Positions 12,569 through 27,560 of a DNA stretch of 64,000 nt are shown here, piece by piece. The notes below the pieces were generated by a model. It was not told the DNA's origin and did no database searches. It was given only the letters and a program-made list of their open reading frames with translations. The position numbers and the translations under genes were made by a program. This DNA comes from the human T2T-CHM13v2.0 reference genome, Homo sapiens: the NCBI RefSeq assembly GCF_009914755.1, contig NC_060927.1. One strand, given 5' to 3'. The first letter of the stretch is position 1, and the number at the start of each line of letters is the position of its first letter.

Positions 12569-15201
12569 TAAATCAGTGTCACCCAAGATAAATTACTGGT
12601 TGTACACTAAACTTCCAATATCATTATTTATTTTATGAAAGATTAACAAAAAGGAGAAATGTTTTCTTGGTATAGGGTTGGATGTGTAATCTTTATAAGT
12701 TGCTCTGTGATGGGAAGAATCTTTCCTATTCAGAGCAATTATTGCTCCTGCACAAGTGCTTCCTTTACGTACGCCTGGAGTTTTAAACAGCCCAGAAGCT
12801 GAGTAAAAGCTATTCAGAAGGACAAGGTACTGGAAACTGAAAAAACAATTTAGCAATTGTAAGAACAGTTGTCCTAGCTCATATCAAAACTTCTGCACAG
12901 CATAAGATTGTTTTTCATGTACAAGATGTCCCCAGTGATTTCATTTTTCCAAAATCTGAAGGTCTATTTCAGTGTAGTAGCTGCTGCTCTAATTTATCAG
13001 CTAATTATATTCATAAAGCAATTTGCAATGATATGGCTCCTCTCTGGAGAGCAAAGTATTTTACACAGACTCTATGTAATAAAAGGGTTGTGCAGAAAAG
13101 AAATGAACTCTTCTCAATTTATAAGGAGGATAGGACAGCCTACCACATCCTGCTTTAGAAGGGGAGCTCACCTTTTCATGGTAGCTCATGGAATGAGGAG
13201 GGATGGATGAGGAGGAGATGCTGCTGTTTCTTTCTGAATCTGTCACCGGAAGGAGCCTGCTTCTCTGTCCCCCCACGTTTTCTCTCTTCTCCGTGTTTCC
13301 TCGACCCTCAGTGGTGGTAGTGATGGTGATGTGAACACAGATCGGGCGAAGGGGAAGATGAACCATTTCACTTTTAAAAAAGTCTGCCTCCATGTCTTTG
13401 TCATAGGATGGGTGGTATTACCATGAATTATTACATAAACCTTTAGAGGGTATGCCTTTCTCTCTCAAAAGTCTAGTTTAAATATCAATTACAGATCTGT
13501 GCTGTGTGCCAATGTTCAGATGAAGGTATGTTCTAGGAAAGTATTTTTCAAAGGATTATGAAGTAGAGGAACACGTTCTTCAGACAGGTGAAAGCAAAGC
13601 TGCCTCAGCTAAAGGTGGGAGCTTGGAGCCCACCTGCTTGAGGGGAGCAGTCATCCCCCAGCCTCTTCTGAGACACCTATGTGGATTCCATACTCCCCAT
13701 AGGTTTTGGGCGACTCTTCATGATGCCTTGGTGGGGAAGGCTCTGTTACCTTGGAGATGCCAGATACTGCCTTGGACAAGGGTGTATGCTACCATATCAC
13801 ACCCTAGTAAGAAATGGGACTTAGGAGAATGTTGCCCCTAAATCAGTTTGAGGGGAGAAAAGCACAGTTTAATTGATCATTAACCCTAAGAAATAGCCAA
13901 GGCTCTAAATTATGATGAGCTTGTGCTCTGACACATCTTCCTGACACATTTCTCCATTACCCACTCCCCAATGTCCTTAGTGCTCTGTTTATTCTCCCTT
14001 TAAGACACTCGCTTACTGCCCTTATTTAAGACATTCTCCTGCAACCATTTGGAAAGGATTTTTAGGAAAGAGAACCAGGGTTCTCTTGGCTCCTCCCCAA
14101 CTTAGCTTTAGACCTTGATTTCTTATAAACATAGTTGGGGTTAAGAGAGAAGCTGACTTTCATATTCTTACTTCTTTATTATGATTTTTCCCCCTCAGGA
14201 AAAAGAGGGTGGGCAGGGGACCATGGCTATGTTAAAAAAACAACCTCTGTTAAGCCTTGTTTTTTCTATTTTCTTTTTTCTTGTAAAGTTGAAAGAAAAT
14301 GGGCATTGAAGTTAAACAGACCAGAGTTCAAATTCAAGCTCTGCCTGTTTTAGAACTGTGTGACATTGGGCCAGTCATGACATAGAAATGTCTAATACAG
14401 TAGGTGCTCACTGGGAATGGAGGTTTTCTTCCCACTTACTCTGTAGTGTCTGTCCATCAGTCTAAGTGGGGGAGGGATTGAAACCCTTTAGGTGAAACAT
14501 ATAAATGGATAAGAGAATATTCTCAAAAGGAAAAAAAAAAGAATAAGACAACCCACAGTAGTTCACAATCTGTGTAGGTTTCCATGCTCAGCTTTAGAAT
14601 TCTGAGAGGTCTGGAAGAGCCGGGTAAGCTGTTTTCCATTCTGAATTTGGTCAGACGCCATTGCAGACTTTAGCCCAATACCAGCTGCTTGGGTCCCTCG
14701 ATCATCTGTGAGAGAGCATTATGTTGTGTTTCCATGGAGACTTCGTTTTATTTCTAACTAAGGTTGACCAGGAGGAGAAAAAAAATAAGTAAATATGCAA
14801 ACACATGCATCAATTGAAAAGAAACTGGAGGACATTGAATGTGGTGTAAAAAGTGCCAAGTTGCTGTGTAGATCCTTCTGTTGGCTTAGAAATCTCAGCA
14901 AAAATAGAAGTTTTAAAATTCATTTTATCAGTGACTATAAAATGGTTACCTAAGAGGGTCTTCAGTTTACTACTAAGAGGCTGAAAATTAATTGTCTTTA
15001 TTACATAGCACTGAACTCTAAGCCAGACAGTAAACACGAGCCTGAGTCAAGGTTAAAATACACTGAGGAGTAGTTTTATGAGAAAAACACCAAAAATATC
15101 TAGACTGAGTTAAGATGTAGCAAATACCTAGCTTTGAAGCAATCTTATAATACTAACATTGGCAGGAGAAACTTAAACAGATATAAAATGAAGCTCTAAT
15201 C

Positions 15202-15524
15202 CAGGGACAACACTTTTCCTGTAAAAGGCTAGATAGCAAATATTTCATGCTCCAGGTTCGTATCTGCCTCTGTTACATCTACTGACCTCTGCTATGTAGG
15301 GTGAATGTGGCTATTGATGATATGCAAATGAGTGGGCACAGCCATGTTCCAATGAAACTTTATTTATGGACACGGAAATTTGAATTTTATAGTTTTTGCA
15401 TATCACAAATCTTATTTTTTCCTCCAAACCACTAAAAATGTAAAAATCATTCTTAGCTTGTGGGCCATACAAAAACAGGTGGCAGGCTGGGTTTGTTCAG
15501 CAGGCCATAGTTTGCTGACCCCTG
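15202..15524. mobile_element. MER58B-like hAT-Charlie MITE
   Basis: CAGGG...CCCTG termini with typical MER58 internal motifs (GTTCCAATGAAACTTTATTTATGGACAC; GGCCATAGTTTGCTGACCCCTG). Confidence 0.8.
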
Positions 15525-16565
15525 GTTTAGAAAGCAAGGCCTTCAGTTGCTCAGGTTATGTATTTACTTGTTTGTATTTATTTATTTTTAAACCTTTTTG
15601 TTTCCAGAGGTATTTAAGGAACTCAAATGCATATAATTGAGAAAGATAAAAATAAATTACAAAGAAGATAGAAAAAACAGTGTCAAGAAAGACCAAAAGA
15701 GCAGGAAGGGAACAGAGAGCCTGGGGTGAGGGACCATGCTGTGTATAAGCCAATGTGTTGCAAGAGTTAGACCTGGATTTGGCTCTGTGCTTTCCAGCAG
15801 CATTAAATTGTGAAGAGGGAAACTGAGCCCTTTACAAAGTTACAGGGTCCTTGAGTTAGAGACAAGCCAGTTGCTCCATAATGGCACACCTCTTCCTGAT
15901 CTGTAAATCAGAGAGAAGTTCCTTTTGAGGTTCTTCTTTGTGTAAGGAATAATATCCTTGCAATATCCTTATAGCAAACACAGCAGCAAGGTTCCTAGAG
16001 GATCTTTCCTGTGGAGCCCCTAATATTACTATCATATCAAATAATAACTCAGTAAAGACAAATAGGTGCATAATGGAAAAAAGTGACATTGGTTAAATAG
16101 AAACCATATTGGCCACTTTGGGCTATGCTTTAAGAATTTTCCAATAACAAAAACACAGATTTCTTTTTTATTCTTTTTTTTAAGAATGACAGGGCTTCTC
16201 CAGGTTCATGGAATGAAGCAATTGTTTCTAGAAAAATAAGTGTTATTTGCCAATCAAGGATAAAATTTTCTAAAGCCTTGAGCTGACGGCAGGGAGAAGG
16301 CTATAAAAGAAGAAAGGGAAAAGTAGAGAAACTCTTGGAATTCTTAACTTGAGATGGGCCTTAAGGATAATCTGCTCCAATTTCTGGTCTTACAGCTGAA
16401 GAAAATTGAGGCTCAGAGATGTTGAGTGTCTAGCATGAGGTTGCACTTCTAGCTAGCAACAAAACTAGGACTAGAACCCCTGTCTCTTAGTTCTCATTCC
16501 AGTGCTTTCTTCAAGCTTTCCATATTTATTCCCAGCTCCCCAACCTCCATCCCACCACATGCCAA

Positions 16566-16567
<2 letters not shown>

Positions 16568-16606
<39 letters not shown>

Positions 16607-16621
16607 ACACAAACACACACC
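16568..16621. repeat. (CA)n microsatellite, imperfect 3' half
   Basis: Direct observation. Confidence 0.92.
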
Positions 16622-19600
16622 GCACCCTGGAGATACTGCAGATCCAGCCATATTCACCGTCCTGCTCTGTCTACTTTTCCAGGCTCCCCGTTATTGTGCT
16701 CTGTGACTTGCTTAGTCCTGCTGCTTTGCATGCTTACCCTCCACCTTCTGCCAGAATCATTGAGTCTCTACTCATCATTAGTTTTCCTACCTGGAATATT
16801 CTTACACATCCCACTTGCCTAGGTAACTCCAACCCACAGGGTCTCCTTTTGCCCCTACAGCATTGACCACCAGACTTTTCTCTATATAGGATATAGATTG
16901 TTAGTTATTTGTGTGTGTGTGTATCTTATTGTCAAAATTGTGCATCATGACCTTGAGGATGAGGACTAAAACTTATATTTTATACTTCTTCAATGCCTTT
17001 GCACTTAGAAAGTGCTGGTACATACTTGTTGCTTGATTGAGGTGCATCCATTCAGAAGTTGGGAAAGAGAGAAACCAAAGAGCAAGTAGGAACTTTCCTT
17101 TTCCCTGCTAATAGTGCTCTAGCCCCATCTTTTCTCCTGTATCTTAGATACAATATGCTACTTAATCTTGTTAAGCCTCAGCTTCCATATCTGTAAAATG
17201 GGCCTAATTTAACTTACTTCACAATGGCATTATAAGAAATCCATAAAGTCACATATGTGAAAGTGCTTGGCTCACTGCCTGCTAGCATGGGAACCTAAGT
17301 GCTCCCTTGCTTCAAGCTCCTTTTTAACCAATCCTAGTAATCTATCACTTAGGCATCTTTAGCATTTCCAAAAAGAAGTGTGTGTCTATTTATAAAGGAT
17401 AGAGGGACAGAAAATAAACACCTAAAATAGAATATTGCACAATTCTGAACATATCACCCTCCTTTCATCACTTGCTTTTTCATTTTCTTTCTTTTTTTTT
17501 TTGCTGTTGCTATTAGGATCTACTCAGAAAGTGTTTGTTTTTCTTTCTTTTTATCTCACACATGGGCTCCTAATCAGCTTGGCCTCAGGAAGTGTGGGAA
17601 TAAATAACTCTTCAAACGATGTAATACGAAGGTATCTTTTATCAACTGCTGCATTTCCAGTGCCTGGCATTGTGCCTAGAACAAAAATATTTGAGCCAGA
17701 ATGAAATGAAAAGGACTGAAACTTCCACCAGCTTGCAGTGTCTCTCCCATTAGCTTGCCCCAGTGTCCGAAGATCTCCCTAGACTGGAGACATCAGTTCT
17801 CAGAGACTTCTGTTAAAAGGGGAGTGTGCTTGCTGAGTGGTGGCCACGCTAATCTAAGCTACTAGATGGTAGACCAAGAAGGAAACCGGACATAGTCCAA
17901 GCCTGACCTAAAATAAGAGAAAACAGGAAGGAAACTTCCAGGCTAGATCAACAGAAAAGCTCGAGTATCCGAGCATGGTACATTACTACGGACTATCATA
18001 GAAGCAGGAGGGATGGAATTGAAAAAAAGGGGAAGGAAAACTAGAGAGAAACCTCACTTAGCTACCAGCTTTTCTCAGAGATGTCAGGGCAGAGAATTTG
18101 AAGGCATAAATGAGAGTTTTCATTGATCATTAAACAAAGACTCCAGAGATAAGTAGGAACAATTTTTCACCTGAACCCCTCTCTGTGGGTTCTGTCACAG
18201 TGCAAACATGATGTTCTAGCAGAAGGATTTAAAGACAAGCTCTTCCCTCCCTCCTCTCATCCCCTGCTTCCTTATCTACAAAATGAAGCTGAAAAACCCT
18301 ACTTCAAAGGGTAACGCCATCCTCTCAAAGAGGCATATAGTGGATACCCAGGAAAGACTATCCCTCTTGCCCTTTCTCCTTTTCATAGTATTACAGGGTT
18401 GACATATGTGGAAGTTGAAAATTACATTTGTTCCTAAATTGCACTTACTTTCATCCTCCCAGGACCCTCCAAACCCCACCAAAAACACCCTTTCATCATG
18501 TGTTCTTGTGACCTGCCCTTTTCATGAGACACTTGGCACACTCAGACCTGCTTGAAAAGTATTAATAGCTAGAGCTGTGACTGTGAAAATCAATAGCCTA
18601 GAAAAATGCTACTCATGCAGGGGGTTGTATTAAAAAATGTCCACATGATTTATTTTAGATGACCTAATTTGGTAAGTCTCTGGGCCTGTGCTTATTTGCT
18701 GTGAGCTCTCTAGCTGTTTTTCTCCTTGCATCAATATTTCTGGAGGAAAGTAGATGACACCAAGATGGCTCAGGCTCAGGACGTATGTGATTACTTGAAA
18801 CCTGAATAGGCTGCTGGTGAAGGGCTGTGGAGGCGTAGTGAAAGGGGCTTATTCAAAACAAACAGAACGTGTTATTTCCTGTTGAATGGAATAGAAATTC
18901 TAAAATAAGTATGTTTTCAAAGTGTCAGTTTAGATAGAAAATGCTTAGAATTTAAGCAAGAGTGAGAGACGAGTGCTGCTTGGGTTTGAAATATTGTTGA
19001 GAGGGGCAGATATTCAATCTGTTTTGAAATTTCCACTTGGGGTTTTCCAGGATAAAAGTTGCTTTGTTTATGCAGCATGACGAAAATACTGGAAATTCAG
19101 GGCTTGAGAACAATACTGGGTTACAGGGATCCGTGCTTTCTTATATACAAGTTGTTGACAGCGGTTTCGTCTGAAAAAAAGTGAGCATTTTGAAATCTGA
19201 TTTTCATGACCGAGGAGTAACTGTAGGCCAAAGATGTTTTCACCCAAGAGAAAAACAATTCCTGAATTTCCCTGCAGTGCCTTTGAGTGCCACTGGGATG
19301 TGCTATTTCATAAAGAAAAGGAAGCTCTTCTGTTGCCTGAAACGCTGCTAGCAGAAAACTTTATTCAGACAGTCCTAGACTCGAACTTAAATTTGAATCT
19401 ATGTATTTACCTTGATTATGACAATGGGAAATTTTATATAGTGAGAAAAAAATTAAAAAGGTAAGACCAGCATATTCCTAAGGTTCTGAGAAGCCTAGAT
19501 TCCATGGCAAGCCTATGTTATTATAACCTAACCCAGTTAGATATTTTATAGAGCAAATTTTCTATGTCTGGGAGTTTTCTAGCGTAGGGGGTTCTGAGCT

Positions 19601-20099
19601 ACACCACAGACCTCTGGGCATGGCTGGTGAAGAAAGGAAAAGTAGACATCTCATCCCCTACCATCTTTCAGAGAATATTCTGTTGGTGTCAGCCCCACCT
19701 CAGGTGCAGGCACCTTGTTACACAGTTAAGATGGAGCAGACTGGAACGTGTGTGCTATCTGGACTGCACGGGAGAAGGCCATATCAAAGCCTGTCAATGC
19801 TCTCAGAACCATGGTCTTGTGGGCCTGGCTCATCACCAAGTTAGGAGATGGCCCTCCTCTGTACCCACTGTTTGTTTTCACATATCACGTGTCACCTCTC
19901 CACACTTAGAGCGAGTGCCTCCCATCCAGTGATTCCTCTTCCTCTCCTTATCTAGTTACCAACTAATTCTCCCTAAGTTTTAAAATATAGATGCTTTTTA
20001 ATAGAGTGTCTGCAAAATATATCATCCAAAGAAATGAATCCCTAATGATGGGAGTACAGGTTATTTTTAGACAAACTGTCTAGTACTTAAGGCCAGAAC

Positions 20100-20555
20100 T
20101 ATTTTAAAATTTTTATCTGAAAATAATTTCAAACATAAGGAAAAGTTGCTAAAATAATATAAAGAACACATCTGGGCTATTTATTCCTTAACATATTGTT
20201 AACATTTTGCCCCATTTGCTTTAACTTTTGTTCATGCTCTCACATGCTCACTCCTTACAACCCACCTCTCCATTTATTTTTCCAAGCTTTTTAAAACTAA
20301 GTTGCACACATCATGGCTTTTTAGTCCTCAGTATCTCTTAATAGTTATGATATTTTCTTATCCCCAATACAATTAACAACTTTGGTAAAATTTACATAAA
20401 TATGATATTTTAATCTACCATTGTATTCTAATTTTGTCAGCTGACACAATAATGCTCTTTGTGGCATTTTTTTACTCCAGTTGTACAGGATCAGTATTGG
20501 ATGGCAATATTTTGTTGTCATATCTTTTAGGTCTCCTTCAATCTGGAACAGTTCA
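20100..20555 (-). mobile_element. Old L1 3'UTR fragment (L1MC-type)
   Basis: AT-rich antisense L1MC-like 3' end (AATAATTTCAAACATAAGGAAAAGTTGC...TGTTAACATTTTGCCCCATTTG). Confidence 0.6.
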
Positions 20556-22081
20556 GGAGAAATTAATTTTAGTATAGGAAGGAGGTCAAAGGAAAGACTA
20601 TGACTAATTGCAAGTCCGCCTTGGGTTGGGAGGTGGCGCTGTGGTGCCACACAATTGTTATGCCTGCAGGAAGGTCTCCTGGATATTGTTACCGTGTCCC
20701 TGACAACGACTGTGTCTCCCACAGCTACCCAGCGAGGGTTACCACGTTTTCTTCTGGAACTTTAGGCCCAAAGCTGAGGGATCTCATAGGCCTGCTGACC
20801 TTATTAGCCTACATAAATCCGGTCCCCTGTGTCCCTGTGCTCAGCACATCCCCTGAGGGAGGGTGTTAGTGGTAGGTGTGTTAAAAGGGAGTCACCAGGC
20901 GTTAAGAGGGGTAAGGCCCTCTGAGCACTGATGGACCACAGACACGGTTACCTCAGGATTGTCTAGCCCCTAAGTCAGGTGCCCATAAATGAGCTGGGTT
21001 AGGAAACCATCCCAAGAGGCTGAAGTGGCAGCCGAAGGAGAGGCCTGATACCAGCTGGATTCAGAGTGACGGGAGTATGGATTCTGGCCTTAGCTTCTGG
21101 TGAACCCACTGTGGGAGGGGTGGGAGCTTTCAGAAAGATGCAGGTTCTCAATGGGCTAGATGGAACATTTTTAGACAATGGATTTTGACCCAATTGTCTT
21201 CTGTCATTTTCTCCTTCATGATATTCCTCTTAATTTGCTAAGGCAGATGAGATAGAAGCTCTGACAATTGTAGAGTGTGGGTGTAAAATGTGCAGCTCAT
21301 TAAGTATCCAAGCTCTCCGTTTAGCATTTGAAGGGTTTGTAACAGGTCAGTGATTCACCCTGCTTTTGGAATTTTACGGCACTCTATAACTCAGTGCATA
21401 GTGACAATACATGCCTCTAGAAGCTAGTTACGGTTTCAAAACAGAGCTATGATTACTTCCAGAGATGACCATTGTATAAGATGGGCACCTTTATACGTAA
21501 CTTCCCAAAAGGTTAACTCTCGTTGTAACTTCTTTGTAACATTCCATGCTAGCACTTTCTTCCTCTACCTCTATTTTTCCTTTTGGCGCACTTATTTGTT
21601 TATTTCTGTATTGTCTGTCTCTCTCACTGGAATGTGAATTCCAAAAGGGCAGGGATTTTATCTGTATAGTTAATTACTGCATTCCCAGAATCTGACATCT
21701 AGTGTAGAGCTCAATAAATATTTGCTGAATAAATAAATTATTAAGCAGGAGTCTAACAAATAAACCTTCAATGTTCACTGGAGGACAAGCCGCTGGATAT
21801 CAGTCACAGGGCACCACTTCACCAGGATCCATAGTCTCCCCAGCGCTCACTTCCTAACTTTCTCTCTTTACCAAAAATCCAAGTATCCTTATTTGAGATA
21901 GTGATACTTGAGGATGACATTGTTCTCGTAGGAAATAGGTCCTTAAATCTTGGATTTTAAGATGCTTTGAGGTGACCATATCATGCTCATCATGGCATAG
22001 CCCAATGTATGTTTGTTTCTTCTGAGATATCCATTTTGTTTAACCTTAATTTGCTCATTTACTTCAATCATTCATTAAGTT

Positions 22082-22652
22082 TGTGATGATTAATTTTGTG
22101 TCAGTTTGACTGGGCCACAGGGTGCCCAGACATTTGGTCAAACACTATTCTGTGTGTGTCTGTGAAGGTGTTTTTGCATGAAATTAACATTGGAATTGGT
22201 GGACTGAGTAAAGCAGACTGCCCTCCCCACTGTGGTTGGGCGTCATCCAGTCATTTGAAGTTGAACAAAAACGCTGACCTCTCACAAGTAGGAGGGTATT
22301 CCTTCTGCCTGATTGTTGGATCTGAGACATCGGTCTATTTCTGCTTTCAGAGTTGAACTGAAACATCAGCTCTTCTTGAGTCAAGTCTTGAGCCTTCCGG
22401 CTTTTGGGTCCAAACTTACACCATTGACCCACCTGAATCTCAGGCCTTCAGATTTGGATCAGAATTACACTATTGGCTCTCTTGCATCTCCAACTTGCCA
22501 ACTGCTATTCTTGGGAGTTCTCAGCCTCCACAGTTGCATGAGCTAGTTCCTTATAATCAATCAATTAATCAGTCAATCCCTATCTATCCATTTATCTATG
22601 AATTTATCCATCTCCTGTTAGTTGTGTTTATCTGGAAAACTCTAAGTAACAT
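22082..22652 (+). mobile_element. ERVL solo LTR (MLT2-type)
   Basis: Begins TGTGATGATTAATTTTGTGTCAGTTTGACTGGGCCACAGGGTGCCCAGA, the typical MLT2 start. Confidence 0.85.
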
Positions 22653-23854
22653 AGATTTCTCATTGTACTTTCCTCCAAAAAAGTTCTCCATGTGTTGCTG
22701 CCCAGGCCTATTCATAGTGGGGCCTTGAGTTACCTTGACCAGAATGAGATACTCGTTGCTTTCACTCAGTGTGAATTCCTGTTTCCACTTAGAGGTGGTG
22801 CTTTCTGAGGGAGGTTTAGCTGATTACAGTCTGACTAAGGTCACCAGAAGTAGTGCAGATGTCTAACACACTCATATTACAGAGCCATGGGCCTCTCCTT
22901 CTCCACTCCTCTCACCACCAGCTAGCTCTTCTTTCCCTTTCTACCAGTTGTCCCTCAATCCCACTGGCAAGTCCTCTTTAAGTTTACTCTTTTCCTCATT
23001 TCGCCTTTCCATCTTATTACAGGAGGGGTCATCATCTCATTGTAGCAGCCAGTTGTCATCCTCCGAACTATGGGGGACAAGTGTGGAGAGCTAGCTTACC
23101 TGTTGGGATTCCTAGCTGACTCGTCCTCCTAGATAAATGCGCCAGAGGATTTTCTGTCTATTCAGTAATTGTGGATGAGTGTGGGTTCTGGTTAGACTTC
23201 TTGTTCTTGGTATAGATCAGACTTTCCCATCAACTATTTGACCTACAACTGAAACACTCTTTCACTGGTAATTAATGGTTGCAGGCTGGTCCTTGGTGGT
23301 ATCATCAGATCCATGGGTTTTCTTACTTAAGTCTGCCCTACTCTACCACTTTGGCAAGACCCTGGCCCATTTGACTCAGCAAAGGTAGTCAGTGCTGCTG
23401 GGACTGGGCAATGGCAGTGGAGGGGTCATGCGTTTCTACTTCAGAGGGTTGGTTACCTGCAGGAGCCTGGGTGAGACTCATTACAGTGGACAGAATCCAG
23501 CTATCTTCTTTCTGCCCCTTCTTCACAGGTACCTCTCCAAGGGCCTTCCATTTCTGACCTAATGTTCACCACTTCTTGGGTTCTGGATCCTGTATGGGTT
23601 AAATATTTTCCCTAATATGTCTCATGACTGTCTCATTTAAATTGTTGGATAATCCAAAACATATTCTTATACAAGATGGAAAAACAGGTTCATGCAGCCA
23701 AATTTACTAATACAAATTATATGATACATTGGTGACACTCTTTACAAAGCTATTTTGTATGACCACTAGTCAAGCCTCGCTGTTTTTGGTACACTATCTA
23801 TTTTTACTGAACCATCTACCTATCCCCCCTGCCCTGCCACCACCCCTCACACAG

Positions 23855-25780
23855 ATTCATCCAACAGCTCTCCATTGAGTGCTCACCTTGAGTTATGCAC
23901 AATTCCAGGCATTGGAGATACAGCAGTGAACACTTAGGCTAAGTTCTCTGCTTTTTAAAGGATTTAATTCTAGTGGGGACGTGCCAGTTAATGAACAAAA
24001 ATAAATAAATAAAATTTATAATACTTTAGAAGCATAAATTCTCTGGAGAAACACAAAGCACAGAAGGAGGATGAGTATTTGTGACAGGGAGCAGTTGCAA
24101 TTTTAAATAACATAGCCAAGGAAGGCCTCACTGAGAAGACAGCATTTGAATAAGTACCTGAAGGAGGTAGAAATGACAATCATTGAAGTTTCCGGGGTAA
24201 AGAGTATTATAGACAGAAGGAACAGTATATGCAAAAGCCCAGTGTGAAAGTCTGTAGAAAGAAACAAAAACAGCCAGTGTGTCAAGGGCAGAGTGAATGA
24301 ATGGTAGAATAGTAAGAAATGATGTCAAGAAGGTAAAGGGGAGAATTGAAAGTTCAGGAGGTCCTCAAGAATGCTCTCAGGTTCAGTGATTCACTAGAAG
24401 GACTCACAGAACTCAGCAAAGTCATTATGCTCATGGTCGTGGTTTATTACAGCAAAAAGATACAGATTAAAATTAGCATCAGGAAGAGGTACCTAGGGTT
24501 GGGTCCAGGAGAACCAGGAATGGAGCTTCCAATTGTCCTTTCCCACTGGAGTTGTGTGGATAGTGCTTATTTCTCTCAGGAACTGGGAAGCTTACCTGAA
24601 CCTTGGTGTCCAGAGTTTTTATTTGGGTTTGGCCATGTAGACACGGCTGACTACCTGTGTGTTTGACCTTAGTCTCTGGCCCCTCTGGAGTTCAGGCTGA
24701 TACAATGTGGCCCAAGACTCCCACCATAAATTAAATACTTAGCCTAGACTATCTCGTAGGGCCTTAGGCCCCCAGATAAACAAAGACATTTTTATTGGGT
24801 AGGGCATTCCAAGGGCTTAGAGGTTAACTCCCAGGAGTTGGGGGCAAGGAGCTAGATTTTTCTTTGGGCAAGATTAATTCTTTACTGCACAATAGGCACA
24901 TTGTACAAAAATGTGTAGGCCATTTTAAAGGTGGTGGCTTCTAGTCTGAGTGAGATGGAAGCTTTTGTGAATACTGATCAAGGGTGTGACATGATTTGAA
25001 TTATTTTTTAAAAGGATTGTCTGAATGCTATGTTGGAAAATAGGCTGAAAAGTAGAAGTAGGGTTACTGGTTAAGAAGTTACCATAATTGCCCAGGAAGG
25101 AGGTAACAGCAGCTTAAACCAGAATGGAAATGGTGAGAAGTAGTTGGATTCTGGAACTGTTATAAAAGTAGCATCAGGAGGATTTGAAAAATAAATGGAT
25201 ATGATATGCAATAAAGGGAATACTTAAAGATGACTTTAAGCTTCTCAGCTCAGGCAATTGGGACCAACAAGTTGCCCTTAAATTAGATGAGAAAGATTTC
25301 AGGGGAGTGGATCTGGAGGGAAGAAGAGTAGGAACTTACTTTTTAGACAGGTTGGGTCTAAATGCCTATTAGAGAACAGTGTCAAGTTGATAAAAGTTTG
25401 AAGTTCATGGGAGTGGTATGGACTGGAGATTCATGCTCAAAATATAAATATAAATATATAAATCTTGGAGTCATCAGTATATTGCGAGAACATAAAGCCA
25501 TGAGATAAGCAAGTAAGTGTAGAGAGAGATTATAACAAAAGCCCCAGGACTACAGCCTAGGCTCTCCAATGTGAGGAGGTAGGAGAGATGAAGAGGAACC
25601 AGCAATGGAAACTGAGAATGAGTGTGCAGAAAGGCAGGAGAGAGACAAGATAGTGGGGTGTCAGGATCAAACAAAAGAGAGAAAGATCAAGTATGTTCAA
25701 TACTACTGCTAGGTCAAGTAAGGTGAGGACTGAGAGAGACCATTGGATGTAGGAACATGGAGGCCACTATTTATAAGAGC
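23855..25780 (-). mobile_element. L2 LINE interrupted by a MER21-type LTR
   Basis: Antisense L2 3' motifs (GGAGATACAGCAGTGAACA; GAAGGCCTCACTGAGAAG) resume after 24891. Confidence 0.7.
24347..24891 (-). mobile_element. MER21-like LTR nested in L2
   Basis: CTCAGGTTCAGTGATTCACTAGAAGGACTCACAGAACTCAG ... TTTGGGCAAGATTAATTCTTTACTGCACA. Confidence 0.75.
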
Positions 25781-26520
25781 AGAGAGAAAAACGTATCTTA
25801 CTTTCTACACAGCACTATGCTTGAAAGGAGAAAGCAAAGACCCATATATGCATGTAGGAACATTTTAAAATTTAATTCTGAACTCCTACTTAACAGAACT
25901 CTGACTACCATCCATTGAGCAGCATCTCTGAATTTCCTCCTACTTATGAACATATAGAAAAAAATCATAAGAAATTGGCCCTACCTATGAGCAGAATACA
26001 GAAAGGTTTTCCACAAATGATGATACTTATAAAGCTGGATTATTAAAAATAATACTCATAAGTTATCTGTCTCATGAAACAGCATCTCTGCCCCCTGATT
26101 GAGAGTAGAAAGACATTGTGCTCTTATTCTATGGTATATTTTATATTATAGTGCTCCCTTTGTTTTGACAACTGGAAATGTCCCTTTATAGGTTATAAAA
26201 TTGCATTTAAATTAATTTTGTTATATTTTATTCAGAAATTCTATTTGCTTGAGGTGTGTATGCGTATGCATGTGTAGAATGTTCCACATCAATTAAATCT
26301 TTTATATTGACCCACAGCTCAATTTTTCAGTCAAAATAACATAGATATTATGCTTAACAACCAAAATGGATACCATTAAATTATAAAAGTCACAACAAAA
26401 AGAACAGGATGAAAAACACACAAATATTAGCCGTTGCTATTTTTAGGCATTAGAAAGGTGGATTATTTTTTTTCCTTTCCTCTATTCCAAATGCATGTGT
26501 ATTACTATAATAAAAGGGCC

Positions 26521-26882
<362 letters not shown>

Positions 26883-27124
26883 TTAAGAATTTAAGATATA
26901 TGGTTTTGAAATTCTTTTTGAGATAAGGTGAGATAGCTCAGATCTAAAACCAAAACAAGTGTTGGGATTCGTTAGTCATATCTCTACTGAGGTTTACAAA
27001 TAAATACTCTTACACTGAAATTAACCAGGAGAAAAATTTGGGCTCTCATGTAAACAAGACACTGAAATGCATTCTATCAAAGTGCTTCTATTTTACAGTT
27101 AACCTTGGATCATATAGACTATTT

Positions 27125-27560
27125 TTTATCAGATATAACTTGTTTTTTTTGCAAGTAACAGAAAACCTAACACAAACTGGCTTATATAATAAAGGAAACT
27201 TACTGGCTCATCCAACTGAAAAGTCCAGAGGTAGGGAAAAATTTCAGATTTAAGATGCAAACAATGTGTACAGGACTCTGTTTCTTTCTCTCTGCATCTG
27301 TGGGCTTTCTTTCTTGATAATGGCTTCATTCTCAGCTCCACATGGTGGGTCTGTGGCAGCTTCAAGCCTTCCTCTCGTCTGCAATGTGGCATGTGACTGA
27401 CAACTGTCAGGGTTACACCCTACCTCATTCACTCCCAGAAGGAAAAAGCAAAGGCACCTTTCATTTCCCAGAAGCTCTGGCTTATGATTCTTTAGTTTTG
27501 ATTGGATTCATTGTTTGTCTCTGAACTACTGACCTTATCTGGGAGATGAGAGAAGCTGAA
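27125..27560 (-). mobile_element. Old MaLR LTR (MLT1J/K-like)
   Basis: TTGCAAGTAACAGAAAACCTAACACAAACTGGCTTA...AACTGAAAAGTCCAGAGGTAG. Confidence 0.6.
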
